Source: Lophium mytilinum
Taxonomy: Eukaryota
Assembly (NCBI GenBank): GCA_010093605.1
Contig: MU004186.1
Span: 972,616 to 1,036,615 of the forward strand
DNA: 64,000 nt
Direction of reading: 5' to 3'
Shown here: positions 48,610 to 62,436 of the stretch, piece after piece
Position numbering within the stretch: position 1 is the stretch's first letter
How the letters are laid out: each line of letters starts with the position of its first letter
The notes under the pieces: model-generated
Told to the model about the DNA's origin: nothing
Seen by the model: only the letters and a program-made list of their open reading frames with translations
Databases searched by the model: none
Program-made: the position numbers and the translations under genes

Positions 48610-51025
48610 ATGCTTCTCCAATGCCTTACGCTGGTCACTCTTGGACTTGGTCTTGTGGCCAGTTCTGCCCTTCCACCTCTGGGGTACGAACGGAGACTGC
48701 TACGTAGCGCGTTCGACAAGCGTACAAATGACTCCACCACGAAGGCATGTCCGTCCACTGAAGCGCCTGCCACCTTTGCACCTAAGGAGAACATATGGGC
48801 GCCAATTTCCGCCGACGACAATCTCGCTGTCTGGAACCTACTTCACGATTCTGCGTCTGGCTTGAACCTCACTTTGCCTGATGATGCCGTCCTGACTAAC
48901 AATTACGTTTCGTGGATCGATACCCTCCATACCAACAAGTCAGATGCAATCCCATACTTGGACGGCGATGGCCCCGCTCCTCCAAAGTACGCCCGAGCCA
49001 TCATCTTTGAGGGAGGCAAAGAGGTGCCAGTGTCGCAGGAGTACATGATAGGCCCCCTACCAGTTGGACCAGAGTCCACAATAGAGAAGCTTGATTACAT
49101 GTACAATGGAGGGATGGGAGGTGCCGTTCCATTCAACGGACGATACTTCGATTCCCAGCGCTCGGCTGCAACGGAGCCCCTCATCGTGTTGGTCATGACG
49201 GAGCTTGCAGACATCACCTCAGCACTATTTCAAGGCGCTGTGTACTACGGTTCTTCTGACGAGCGGACCAATCTTTCGTTAACATCGGGTACGCCAGCAT
49301 CCTACGATGGCACGCAGGCATTCCGCAATATCATGTTCCGCTTTCCTGGCCCGACTACGTACATGACCCCAATTGACTTCTTCTTGCTGATTGACTGTAC
49401 TGGGACGGACAGCTCGCTTTATTTTTTGAAGGGGATTGTCACGAACGAGCGCTTTTTCAAGACGACAGAAGAGCTCCGAGCAGCTTTTGAAGCAGGGGAG
49501 CTTGGGTATGACTACGACCAGACACTGGACGCCGACTGGGCTCTAGTGGATTACAAGCCCGAACTTGGTGTCCGAGCGCTTGAAGAACGCTTTGCTCCTA
49601 GCAGCTTGGAGCTTGGTGGGAAACGCTACAAGCTGGACAAAGAAAGAAAGTACATTGAGTACATGGGATGGAGTTTCTACCTTAGTTTCACGCGTACGCT
49701 TGGAATCATGTTCTACGACATCAAGTTCAAGGGCGAGCGTATTCTCTACGAGCTCTCACTCCAGGAAGCAACCGCTCAGTATGGTGGTTTTCAGCCAAAG
49801 GCCGCGGGTACAGTGTATCATGACACATACTACAGCCTTGGCACCGACATGGGCGTGCTCGTAGAAGGTTTTGACTGCCCTTTCGGTAGTACGCTCTGGA
49901 ACGTTACTTATCACGAGGCCAACACGACTGTCGTCAATCCTGAAGCCATCTGCATTTTTGAAGCTGACTCCGGATTTCCCCTCTCCCGCCATCGCACTGG
50001 GGGCGGTGATAGCGAATACGGCTTCCAGAACCTAGGTATGAACCATTTCGCTCATTCAAAATTATCGTATTTATGTAACTCAACTACCTAGGTACCGTCA
50101 AAGGCGCGCAGCTGACAGTTCGCGCCGTTGCAACTGTCGGTAATTACGACTACATGTTCGACTACAGCTTCCACGTTGACGGCTCACTCGAGACGATTGT
50201 CCGGGCAAGCGGATATCTCCAGTCCAGCTTCTACTTCGCCGACCAAGGCAAATGGGGCCCCCGCATCCAAGCCGGCACGCAAGGATCCCTGCATTCACAC
50301 ATCTTGACCTACAAGGCCGACTTCGACATCGTAAACTCTTCTAACAGCCTTGAAGTTTCCGACCTCGTAGTCGTCAATCAAACCCAACCATGGTTCCCTG
50401 AGCTCGGCTCCTTCGCCCAGATGGAGTTAAACATCAGCACGATGACTGAGGAGCAGCAATTCAACTGGACCCCAAACAACCAAGCCATGTACTGCGTGAT
50501 CAACAAAAACGAGACGAACAAGTGGGGTCAAGCCCGCGGCTACCGCATCGTCCCCGGCCGCTCAATATTCATCTCCCCATCCTCAACTCGCCCTTTAGCG
50601 CGCACCAGACACCGTTCTCGAAATCGCATCTTGCGGTCACTCGCCAGCATGATAACGAACCCTATGCCAACAGCGTCCAGAACATCAACATGCCATTCAA
50701 GCCACAGCAGGACTTTTTGAAGTTCTTTGACGGGGAGAGTATTGAGCAGGAGGATATCGTGGTGTGGTTTAATCTTGGAATGCATCATTTCACGCGTGCG
50801 GAGGACGTGCCTGTCACGCTGTATACGGAGGCGTTTTCAAGTATCACGTTCAGCCCGCAGAATTTCTTTGATCGGGCGCAGGATGGAGATTTGCGGAATC
50901 GGAGGTGGGTTGTGCCGAATGAGGAGGGAGAGTTAGAGTATGATGCGTATGGTGTTGAGCTCCCGACGTGTGAGGTCACTTTTGAGGAGCCCGTGGATGA
51001 GATCCTTACTGTGCAGGAGACCTAG
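48610..51025 (+). CDS. Secreted copper amine oxidase (one frameshift at ~50564)
   Basis: Signal peptide; TVGNYDY TPQ motif; HSH and MHHF Cu ligands; intron ~50035-50091. Confidence 0.93.
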
Positions 51026-51271
51026 AGGCCGTGAAGTGGACACCGCTCAGGAGGCTACAGCTGCGTCGTGGAGGTACGAAAGAAACGCTAGACTTCGTCG
51101 GTAAAGTCTTTCATTTCGTATTTAGGCAGGGTTGACGCAGTATACGAAAGATGATAACGACTAGCAATAACGATAAACATGATGGTTCGGTTAAGGAACT
51201 CGCTATTGAATTCTTATATGCATGTCAAAAAAATGTTGGCGACGTTCATTCCCTCGCCAGATCAGCTCCAC

Positions 51272-52138
51272 TCAGCAATACGGCAAATCCAGATTCAAAC
51301 AACTCCCTGCAATAAACTCCTGGCCTATTTGCGGCTGATCCAGCTCGTAGACTTGTGCGGAAGGGTCCAGGATTCGATCGATCACGTGAACGATACCCTG
51401 CTTTAGGTTAGCCGATCCTTCAAGTACCATCGATGTATAAACTTGCACTAGTCACTGGAATATTCCCTTCGACAACTTTGGCGATATTATTAAGCGTAAG
51501 CGTGCCAGAGACAGATTGCGTGGAGATGTAGAGGTAGCTGCCGGTCTGAATAATGATGAGTGGTCAGCTCGACGTTTCCCAAGGATGATGGGGGTACAGG
51601 GAAAACAAACCTGGATCCGAGTCAACGTGCTATTGAAGTTTGACGTAGTGAGAGCTGAATTGGGGATATAGTGATGGTTCAGCAGATTCCCGAGCCACAT
51701 TTTCCCTTTCCTGATCACGTGACTTGATTAGCTTATTTGATATCTAAAGATTCTACCCGGGATAGACATAGTGCTTACGGCGTAGAAGCGTAGGTCTCGT
51801 AGTACTGCCCTGTGTGGTTGAAGGCCTCATTGCTTGGAGCGAAATACGTAAAAGGCCATGTTGGAGCTGTGTCGAATGCTTTGTCGAAACCTGAGATCGT
51901 TAAGAAATGAGATAGGCTACGATTCAGCTTGACTGTTTCTACCGGCAGGTATCTGAATTGTGTCTGCTAGTTGGCTGAGCTCCGGTCGAGACTTGATCAG
52001 ATCTAGAAGTGTGGTCACTCCAGAAGGCTTAGCGGCCGTGTAGAGACCTGGAGGGTCTGGGACATAGCTTAATGGGTCTCTTGCGATGACAGCGGTGATA
52101 CAAACGGGTAGGAAAAGAAGGGCTGATATGAGCTTCAT
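51272..52138 (-). CDS. Secreted fasciclin (FAS1) domain protein
   Basis: Signal peptide; FTYFAPSNEAF (H1), HYIP and GIVHVIDRIL (H2); last intron 51398-51446 is GC-AG. Confidence 0.9.
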
Positions 52139-52527
52139 GGTGCTACTAATTTGAACGATGAATACGGACCAAATGGAGAGTAAAAAGAGACCGCAGAATT
52201 ATACCAGAAGTCACGGATCCACACTGACTCCTTCCATAAACAAGGAATCGATGTAACTCAAGCTTCCCCATATACTTAGCCTCCCGTCCCAGGGTTTATC
52301 TAATCTCCGTTGTGGAGCTACCCCGGACAGAGTCATGGGAAGCCCGAGGCTTCCTCCGCCTCCGGATACTCATCTCTCGTACTTTCAACCCCTGCAAAAA
52401 AGCGCGGGGTAATTCGAAGTGTACTGCAGGTACGCTTTCCAGCTGCGAATAAAGGTAAAGAGACCTGGAGCCGCAAAGACAACGAAACAGTGCCTGCCTC
52501 CCGCCATCACGTGACTAATCAGCAGTC

Positions 52528-54048
52528 ATGCGATCACTTGCACATACCGTTACTCTCGCCCTGCTACGGGTGGGGCTTGTACATAGCCTCTCTGCCCAGA
52601 CTCCACAAATGGGTTGGAACAGGTTCGTCGAGTTCCAGTATTTTTCATCTTCACCCTGCTGATAGCATATGCAATAGCTGGAACACCTTCAAGACGAACT
52701 TCGATCAATCGACTCTACAGACAACCGCAGACCTCCTCGCTTCAACCGGTCTGAAAGATGCCGGCTACACCTACCTCATTATGGACGAAGGCTGGCAAGA
52801 TCTTGAGCGAGACAGCAGCGGACGCCAGCAGCCAAACTTGACAAAGCTCCCTGACGGCGTTCCAGGAATTGCGAAATACGTCCATGGGAAGGGACTGAAG
52901 CTTGGGATATACAGTGACGCTGGGTAAGCTTATATCCTACCTTGTTAGCATCTTCTTCCTCTTCTTCCTCTTCTTCCTCTTCTTCCTCTTCTTCCTCTTC
53001 TTCCTCTTCTTCCTCTTCTTACTCTTCTTCCTCTTCTTCCTCTTCTTCCTCTTCTTCCTCTTCTTCCTCTTCTTCCTCTTCTTAACCACCATTCATACAC
53101 ATTTAGGATCTACGACTGCGGCTTCTACCCCGGCAGCTACGGCAACGAAGAACTCGACGCCGCCACCTACGCCTCCTGGGGCGTCGACTACCTCAAAGAC
53201 GACAACTGCGGCGGCTTCTACGCCAACACCGAGAGCCCCTACACCCGCTTCGCAGTCATGCGCGACGCCCTAAAGACAAGCGGCCGCGAAATTTTCTGCT
53301 CGCTGTGCCAATGGGGCCACCAGTTCCCGTGGTACTGGGCAGACCTTGTGGGGCAGTCGTACCGGATGAGCGGGGACATCACGAGTATTTACAGTGATAC
53401 GGGGAAAGATTGTCCGGTGAGTGGGTTGATAGGAGTGTCCTGTAAACAGGTGAAGCGGTCGTGGCTAATCACGAAGTGGCAGTGCAAAACAGCTTATTGT
53501 CTAGACATGGGCTAGCGGGCTGCAGCGTCCTCACGATCATCCGGAAGATGCGCGAGCTGTCGCGGTTTCAGAAGAAGGGTGCGTGGGCCGATATGGACAT
53601 GCTAGAGATTGGGAACGGGAACATGACGCTGCGGCAGCAGCAGACGCATTTTTCGTTCTGGGCGGCGTTGAAGTCGCCGCTTATTATCGGCGCGGATGTG
53701 AGTAAGTTGGCAGCGGATAGTTTGAGTGTTTTGAAGAATGAGGAGATGATTGCGGTTAATCAGGACAGTGAGGGGGAGGCGATGCATTATCTGCCGGAGC
53801 TGAGCGTGGAGAAGCAGAGCCAGGTTTGGGCGGGAGCTTTGAGTCGGGGAAGGACGGTCGTGTTGGTGCTGAACGAGGGTAATGTTACTAGTGCTATTGA
53901 AGTAGAGCTGGCTAAAATCCCTGGATTGAATGCTTGGAAGTTGTATCAAGTTAGAGACGTATGGGGTGTGAAGAGCGTAAGGAACATTAAAGGGGTTGTG
54001 AATGTAACCGTGGAAGTGGATGAGACGAAAGTGTTGGTTTTTAGTTGA
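52528..54048 (+). CDS. GH27 alpha-galactosidase (frameshift at ~53514)
   Basis: TPQMGWNSWN, IMDEGWQ, GLKLGIYSDAG, DYLKDDNC (usually YLKYDNC), YRMSGDI, ADMDMLEIG, SPLIIG. Confidence 0.93.
52951..53083. repeat. Intronic polypyrimidine microsatellite (TCTTCTTCC) x ~15
   Basis: Near-perfect 9-bp units with one C>A interruption at ~53021, inside the GH27 intron. Confidence 0.97.
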
Positions 54049-54204
54049 AGAAATAGATCAGATAAATAAGATATCGTTCACTTCAACCGTAGCCTGAGAA
54101 GACATTGACCCGTGTTATGTCTGCAAGGAGATCTGCGCAACGGATCCAGCTTGACACGGCATTTCGGAAGTCTGTGTCGAAGCTATTTGATGACCAGAGC
54201 ATCT

Positions 54205-54773
54205 TCAGATAATCAGGTTGCGGCCAACGCAATCCCTGGATTTCATGTGGCAGAGAAAAGGCCAATTCTCTGTGATCAGATTCGAGCGAGGTTCCGAGCC
54301 ACACATGAACAGTGTCGGCTCTCCGATATTCTGGATGGTTTGCATCCGTCTAACTTGCCGATTGCGCTCTTGAATATCCTGCTGATTGATAAATAGGGCG
54401 TCAATCCACCATAGATTCCTTGGGCCCTCATCGATCACATGCTGAAGGTGTCAAAGTGTCTAAGAGACGTTCTTTCTAATGTCTCCGCTCTATTCCGTTG
54501 ATCACAATATGCTCTGACTCGGCTTGATCTCCCCATGCCGTAAGACAGAGCATCTTACTTCAAACAGTTATCTAGTGACACCATGATGAGGTTGTCTGTC
54601 AATTTTGCGCAGTCCTCATCGGATTTAACGATCTCTACGACTCCGATCTCGTTCTTTTCGGGGTTCGATGACTGGTACGGCGAGCCTGGCCATATGTTGC
54701 GATCTTGACGGTCGGAGTGGACGGCATCCGGGCTGTGCTTAAAAGGCTTTAGGAATGGGAGCTCTGTTGGCAT
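54205..54773 (-). pseudogene. HET domain (heterokaryon incompatibility) pseudogene
   Basis: LK*DALSY(fs)AWG and WWIDALFINQQDIQERNRQVRRM match HET motifs YxALSYxWG and WIDAICINQxDxxERxxQV; stops and frameshifts present. Confidence 0.85.
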
Positions 54774-55209
54774 CGTATGATGACAATGGCACGCCCATGA
54801 CTTTTTTCGCGATTACTGATGATTGTCAGAAGTGGATGTCGGAGTCCTCCGGAGATGCGAATACGACGTTGGCCAGCGATCTAGCCTAATTGGGAAAATC
54901 ACATGACAAAAGAGAGAGATGGGCGTTGCTTTGCCTGGCTGGAGGAATTCGGTCATGTCTCTTGATAAACATAATATGTAGCTGCTGTCGCAAAACTGTG
55001 TTATTTTCATTCATTAATGTTCTGACACGGTGAATTTAAAAGCGGTTAGAAGATAAGTATGACCTCATACGAAACCTCGTCGGACCTAAGGCTTCCCCGC
55101 ACACCGCAATGGAAGCCAGCCTCCCTCCATCCTTTCCTCAATTAGAAGTTTACAAGTAGTAGAGAGCGTAGATTGGTAAAAAGTAACGTCAACCTCTGTT
55201 GCTCTACTT

Positions 55210-57137
55210 CTAAGCGTTCAGGTTAAGTGGTGACCGGCAGGAGAACGTATTCAACTGATGAACCTTGAATGCGTTGATCATTCCTATCGGAACATGTTAG
55301 CACGTTGTGAAAACTGCGAATACACAATACTCACCAACAATCGCGGCATACATTCCCAAGCCACACATAGACAAGGAGCACAAGAAGTAAAGCACATGCC
55401 AGACATTGATGGCAGTTTGGAACATACCACCGCCGGTGAAGCCGCGCATCAATCGCTTGACAGTACTCTCTTGCCTCAGCGTCTGCCCTGTCAAGGGATC
55501 AAAACCTTCGCCTGCAACGGCATGTCTCTGAATGTCGTATCCCAGAGCAAAGAACGGGGGCAGCGTGTAGGTCAGGTTCAGCAACATGGATGAGGAAATG
55601 ATGGCGACGAAACCGAAGTAGTCCGGTATGGCTCCTGCAATTATGAACGCAATAGCCCACCAAACCGGGACAATGGAAGCGTATAAGAATTTTCCACGCT
55701 TGGTAGTGAGGGGCGGCGTGTGAAAAATATCCATGAGGACATTGTTGTAAAGGACTTTGACGCCGATGTTGCCGTAAAGCCCAGCAGCGATGAGGGCAGC
55801 GACCAAGGAGATCATGTTACCAGCAGTCTGCCATCCGTAGGGACTAACACCTTGGTAGCTTGGCTGGAAGCTATACTGGCCTTGGTAGTGATACACGAAG
55901 CATCCGTACACGAGGTAGACAGTGTATATGAAGAGCTGCGCCCCCCACATCGCTTTGAGAAAGTCGCGAGGTCGTCTCATCTCAGCCAAAAACTCGACAA
56001 AAAGTTGGGCGCCAGAATAAGCCAATACACCAGACAACAAGCCATTGATTGACCCGACCAATGAGCTTGCAGGGAGACCAGCATAGTGGAAGATCGGAGG
56101 GTAGTTGCCTTGGTCGTCGGGTGTGATGCTGTCAGGGTCCACGGCGCTACCAGCTGAGCCCAACGTAGAGATGGCGAAATTTGGGGGCGAATTTGCGATT
56201 ACACCCATGGTGATGAAAATGACCAACATGTTCAGCCACACTGCGAAGTTTGCTATCAGTCCGTAGGCTTTGAGGGTCCGGATCTGTGACAACATAAAGC
56301 CGACGCAGATAAAGATGACTGGGCAAACAACGTAGCACAGCTTGAACTTGGACACTTGGGAAATGTTCTCGCCGAATTGAATGGTGACCTGACCGAGGAG
56401 CAAGAGTAAACCGATTGCCTGCATAACGTTGGTCACATGTCGAGCTGTTGTGCCCCAGGTTCTGAACCCGAGATCGCCGTAGTTTCTGGCCGGGAATTCG
56501 TAACTGTCAACGCCTAGGAAGACGCGCCAAATGAGATATCCAGAGTAGCCAGCCATGAAACCGAATACAGTGTACAACGCAATGCCTGTACACGATTAGC
56601 GACGCCAATTGCAAAAGTGCACGACTAAGAACATCTCGCCTACCTGGTCCCCAGCCCAAAGTTCCCATGGCAAACCCTACTCCATATGGCCCTAAGACAT
56701 CTGTGGTGATCAAGTAGAAACCTTTGCAAGGTTATTAGCTCTAAGTTGACTACTCTTCTATTGTGATATTTTCACTCACAAGCCCCGCCTGATGCCGTTC
56801 TGAATGCACGACTCGCATTTGTCCACTCCTCGTCTGATATCACAAGATGGTCTGAAGCTTGTTGGACCTCTGAAGCCCTTTCTGCAGAAGCCTGAAAATC
56901 AGCATGGGTTGCGGATTCATGCGCATTCTTCTTTCGGAGCACGATCTCCCTCCAAGTAGCTTTTGGAGCTGGGGCGGCGTCTTCCTCTTCTCTCGTTCTT
57001 ATCGCATAATAGTTGTACTCTTCAAAGGTGACCTGCGAATCATGCGGCTTGCGCTGCTGTGGTTTGATCAGGGTGCTCGATGCCGCCGGGTGTTGGGTGT
57101 AAGGCGGGGCGGCAATGGGTTCATCCTTTTCGGCCAT
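55210..57137 (-). CDS. Amino-acid transporter (AAAP/Aa_trans, Mtr-like)
   Basis: FYLITTDVLGP, YGDLG, EFLAEMRRPRDF; many TM segments; introns near 56723-56777, 56588-56643 and 55284-55334. Confidence 0.92.
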
Positions 57138-57970
57138 TGTGTCTTGTTGAACGCAGGATGATGGATGGAAGTCTTTTCGTGGGCGAGACGACCAGACGAT
57201 TAAATCATAGGCGTCCACTGGACCCTCATAAGCTTTGACTACTCGATAATGGCGGAAGCTTGGCTCCCTTGGTCCCTTGGAAAGGAAGCTTGTCTCCGGA
57301 AAGGAAGCTTGTTTTTCGGCATGGGCCTGGTCGGAGCTTTATTCCTGGGGTCTACCAATCTCGTGTCAGGCCACGTAATAGATAAGGCGTCCGAACTGAT
57401 CCGGCTTATTCGACCTTCCTTATCAAGAAGCAGCTCGCAGACGCCACATCGAAGTATCAACACGCGATAATGTGGGTAAGCACGGCGTTGACTGCAACTA
57501 GCAAGGCGGGAGAACGACATGGCAAAGCCGACGACAGGCGCCACAGTCTCTCCACACAAAAGATATGCCGGATACCACAGTAGCAGCGGTACGTTCCAGA
57601 GACCGAGATGGCGGGCACTGTAGCTCGCGAAGAGGACCAGAAAGACCAGCATCACGCTATGCCGCCCGTCTGCGCGGGATGGAAAAGCGACCAGGTAGGG
57701 AGGGTAGCCCACACTCTATATGCACCCTCCACTCCTCTCAATTGGCAAGAGGGTCGATAGAGTAGACAGCCGCAGTGGTAAAGTCAGCTCCGCGATCTCC
57801 TAATATCACTATTGAGGTTCAATACGAGAACGAACATTGGTGATGTCATTGTGGGGAAGTATGAAGATGAAGACTGCGACTTCTGAATAGCACCACGAAA
57901 CTACCATTACGACTGATGTTTATAAAAGATTTAACCTTTAGTCAAACCAGTACAACGCGTATCACTAGTC

Positions 57971-59769
57971 TCAAGACCTCAACTTGCTCCAGTGTGCATT
58001 CCACCAGCGCAGCTGCGGCTGCCGAAAGTCGTCGTCTTCGACATAACTACCTCCTTGGTTATCCTGAGCCCGAAAGACAACATTCTTAGCGCATTTGGTA
58101 TCATAAGCAGGCCAAATCGGCACCTTGGCTATCCCATGATGGTTGGGATCACGGTCATGGACGAAAGAGACCCATGAGCGCGACATATATTGCGATAGCT
58201 CGTGATAAGATGGGTAGGTCCGATGTAGTTTGAAAGCGTCGACGAAGGATTACTAAAGACGAAGATGAGCTCCGAGTAATGCGTGCTGAAGACCGGTGCC
58301 ACCGTCGCGATGACTTCCTCCGTTCCATTCCACGGCGGCTGATCGAACCGATAACTGTAGACAGGCAATGCCTTCTTCTTGGACGCGAAGTGCTTGGCCA
58401 CCCCTCTTCGGCCGGCATGGACGTTGATGTCTCCTGAAATCGCCGCACCACGCTTATACATCCATCCTTGGTCCGCAAATCGTTCGGATCCAGTGTTGTA
58501 CGGGCATCCTTGGGCAGGGTCATCGGGATAGAGCTGCAAAAGCTCTTCGACATCGCCTGCACTCAGACCACCCCCGTTTAGGCTTTGAACAAATTCGCGG
58601 ACATCTTCGGTGGTGTTTAAAGTTCCCCGTGGACCCCAGAAAGACGCAGTTCCTTCATCTGTATTTGCTCCCGCCATAATTGCGACATTTGAGGTCAATC
58701 CTTTTGCAACACTCTCATGCGGCGGACGAGAGATAATAGTGCCGTCCACAATAGGAGTGTAGACTTGGGGCTCGAATGCCTTAAAGAGCGTGGCGTATGG
58801 CACTTCACGAAGGCATTGAAGGCTATCCTTCGCAGTGTCACATCCGACTGTCTTGGTGACGTTATCGTATTGCTCCTGAAAACCACCTTTATCTTGTAGA
58901 GTGTTGGCGTCTTGGACGGGCTGTCCAAGCATGGTCCCACTGTCCATGATAGCTGCGCGGAAAAGCCTCTCTTTCCTAATAGTCTTTTTGCCACCCCGGG
59001 GATTGTGCGAGTTGTCACCGTTGAACGCGGTAAGGTGATATCCGATACTGAAGGCGCCAGCGGACTCACCCCAAATGGTAACCTTGGCCTTGTCACCCCC
59101 GAACCGATCGATGTTGTCTTGGATCCAGGCCATGGCCATTCTCTGATCGTAGAGTCCGATGTTTGCACTTCCGTCTTTCAGCACTTCTTTAGACGCTAGG
59201 AATCCCCAACCACCAACGCGATAATTTATAGCGACGGCGATGATAGACTTACCTATGGAAACCGAGTTCGAGACAATGTACGACATGTTGTATCTTGGAT
59301 CTGCAATACCGCCAGCATCGAAACCGCCCCCATAAATCCAAACCAGAACCGGGAGCTTCTGGTTTTTGGCTTCTGAAAACTTTCCGCCCTTGGCCACATC
59401 TGGGACGATTACATTGAGGCAAAGAGAGTCTTCGCTAAGTGGTCCAATGCCTACTTCGAACCCGGCATATCCTGGACAGTTTGGTGGCTGCTTGGTAGCA
59501 TCACGTGGTCCTCCATAGTTGCCGGTGAATGGTTCCGGATGGCGGAGCCTCAAGTTCCCAACTGGAGGCTGCGCGAAAGGAATGCCTAGGTATGCCGACT
59601 GGGAGAACTGTGGGAGTGCTTCTCCGCATAATGCTCCGTTCTGTAAAGTCACAGTAGGAGCATTCTTGGGACATTGATGTTTACTCCCGGCAGTTGCGAA
59701 ACCTGCCGTAAGTGCAGGAATAAACGAGACAACAATATAGAGCAGCCTGCGAGAGGCATAATTAAACAT
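57971..59769 (-). CDS. Secreted type-B carboxylesterase/lipase (frameshift at ~58217)
   Basis: YLGIPFAQPP, SEDSL, WIYGGGF oxyanion hole, GESAG, NTDEG, THYSEL. Confidence 0.94.
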
Positions 59770-60460
59770 GGTGTAGCTATGTCGTCGAAAAGGGAAGGAT
59801 TGGCGGAGCAATTGGATCTGCTGCTGTGAGGAGAATGGCTATTATGGGTGAGTGGATCTTTAAGCCAATCCTTGCGCGGAACAGTCCCCCACAATGTTCC
59901 GTCTGATGTTGAAACCACCGATCAACTGTTTCTCTATCCAAGTGACCGTAATTTCGCTAGCACTAGACCCGCGGAGGTTGCCCGGTACTTCTCCCGGAGC
60001 GTCGTCTCCACGTCCCAAAGACCCGTCACCAGGGCGCCATCTCACTAGGAATCCGGAGACCCTGGAAACATGTAGAGACTCCGGGGTAAATCTGGGGTAC
60101 GTAGCCGCAAGGAACCATGTGCAAAAGTAGGCAAGGGTTTCTCTGGGAGCCGGAACCTCAGCCGACCCCGGAAATCTACCAAACCCAACCCCTGCAAAAT
60201 TCCCACCAGTCACTTTCACCATGTCTCTTTTCAATCTCCGATACACCCATGCACTACACTGTTGTCAAATTTGAGGATTCTGTGAGGTGGAATTATGGCA
60301 AGCTTCACAGTCTTACCCAGGTGGAATTGAGAGACGGGGGCAGGATCGTCGTAAAGGAGACATGAGGGTTTAGAATGGTGATATAAAAGGACAGTGTTGT
60401 GTCGATATCATGTCTGTAGCGCAAACAAGCCTCGAGCGAGTCCTACTTCCTACCTACGCA

Positions 60461-61780
60461 ATGCAGTTTTCAATCATGAGCAAGCTGCCATTGAGCGGTA
60501 GAGTTTTCCATATCTTCCTGCTCCTCAACATCGCATTCTCCCAAGCTCGCTCTCATCAAGAAGCTCATGCACTCTCTGCTTCCCCAGAGAATGACTCCAG
60601 AGCCACCTTCGTGCACCCAGGCCTCCTCCACGCCGCCGCAGATTTCACCCGCATAACTTCCAAAGTCAACGCCGGAGCCGAACCATGGCTAACGGGCTGG
60701 AACAAACTCATCGCGCACGCCGACGCCTCCTACACCGCCGCCCCCGTCGCCACCGTCTTCCGCGGCGACGGCACATCCGAGAACTACCCAAACCTGTACC
60801 GCCACGCTGCGGCCGCCTACGCCCTCTCCATCCGCTGGAAAGTGACCGGCAACACCTCGTACGCGACCACCGCCGGCGCCATCCTCGACGGCTGGAGCAA
60901 CACGCTGAAAGAGATCAACGGCACATCTGACCGCTTCCTCGCGAGCGGCCTCTACGGGTACCAGCTCGCCAATGCGGCGGAAATCTTACGTGGGTACAAC
61001 GGCTGGACGGGCCTGTCCGCCACGGTCTCAATGCTCAACACCGTGTTTTACCCCATGAACCATGACTTCCACGTGAACCACAATGGCGCAAAGATAGACC
61101 ATTACTGGGCGAACTGGGACCTCTGTAACCTGATTACCATGCAAGCGATCGGCATTCTCTCAGACAACGCGACAATGTACAACGAGGCAGTCACGTACTT
61201 CAAGAGCGGCGCGGGCAACGGCGCGATCCACAAAGCTATCTGGAAACTGTACACGGAAACCGGATCTACCAAGCCGCTGGGCCAGAGCCAGGAGGCTGGG
61301 CGGGATCAGGGGCACACGACGCTGAATATCGCGATGTTGGGCGTTTTGGCGCAGCAGGCCTTGAATCAAGGAAACGACCTGTTCGAGTATTCCGACAACC
61401 TGATTTTAGCCGGGTAAGCTAGGCTCCTATATCCAATTGCGTGGTGGTGCTGTGGGGGTTGCTAATGTTCGCATAGATCTGAGTACGCTTTGAAGTATAA
61501 TCTTGGCTACGATGTGCCGTACACGACGTATACGAATAGCGATGTCACGCAGACAGTGATTAGTAACTCGTCGCGTGGGACTATTCGGCCGATGGGGGAG
61601 CTGCTGTATGCGCATTATGGGGTCTTGAAGGGACTGAATGCGTCTTGGACAGAGCGGTATCGTGATTTTGTCGTTAACAATGGGTCGGGTGCCGAGGGTG
61701 GTGGGGGGGATTATGGGCCGAATAGTGGGGGGTATGATCAGTTGGGTTTTGGGACGCTTTTGTATCGGCTTGATGCTTGA
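60461..61780 (+). CDS. Secreted alginate-lyase-like (chondroitin AC/alginate lyase fold) protein
   Basis: FVHPGLLH, ANWDLCN, QEAGRDQGH; intron ~61414-61477. Confidence 0.85.
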
Positions 61781-62436
61781 TAGGGTGGGAGGATTGATGA
61801 GGGCGGGAGGCTCTGACGTTTGTCGTTCTTTTTGGCAGATCGGGATGTTTAAAATGGTACTAAAGAAGTGGTTCAAGTAGCAGATGGTTGTTAGCTAGTA
61901 AAACCATATTAGGTGATATATCACAGATATAGTCTTTGGTAGCGTATATACCTCCCCATCTTACATCCACACCAAAAGATTCAATGGAACTTTGATACGT
62001 CTCTGTGTCTGATGAAGCTTTTGAAAAGTCACTCCCATGTCTAAGAAACCTCGATAAGGAAGTTGAGGGTCTGCAATTTTAGAGAAATGACTACGTAAAT
62101 AGTAATAGGATCAGCCCCACTATCAAGCACTCACTAGCATTCCGCTCTACGCTAGCTTTAGGAAATTCTGTAAAACGAGGACCTGCATTACTTCGAAAGA
62201 AGAGCGTGTTATACGACCTGGTGTTGTTAATGAGAATATACGCGTGATGACGGATCACGTCGACATTGTACATACAAGCCCCGAGGCCCCCCAATAAAAG
62301 TAGGAGTGAGGTTGGAGAATTACAATAGGTTCGCAGAGATTGGTTAAGCGATGTCGGTCCGAAGAGTTGCCGAGCAACCTTAAGAATTCAGAAGCTCGAT
62401 TTGAGTCACCTCGTCTTACTTCAACCGCAGAAAATC

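Noticed and set aside
52902..53273. ORF encoding poly-(FFL)
   Set aside because: It is the translation of an intronic microsatellite in the GH27 gene.
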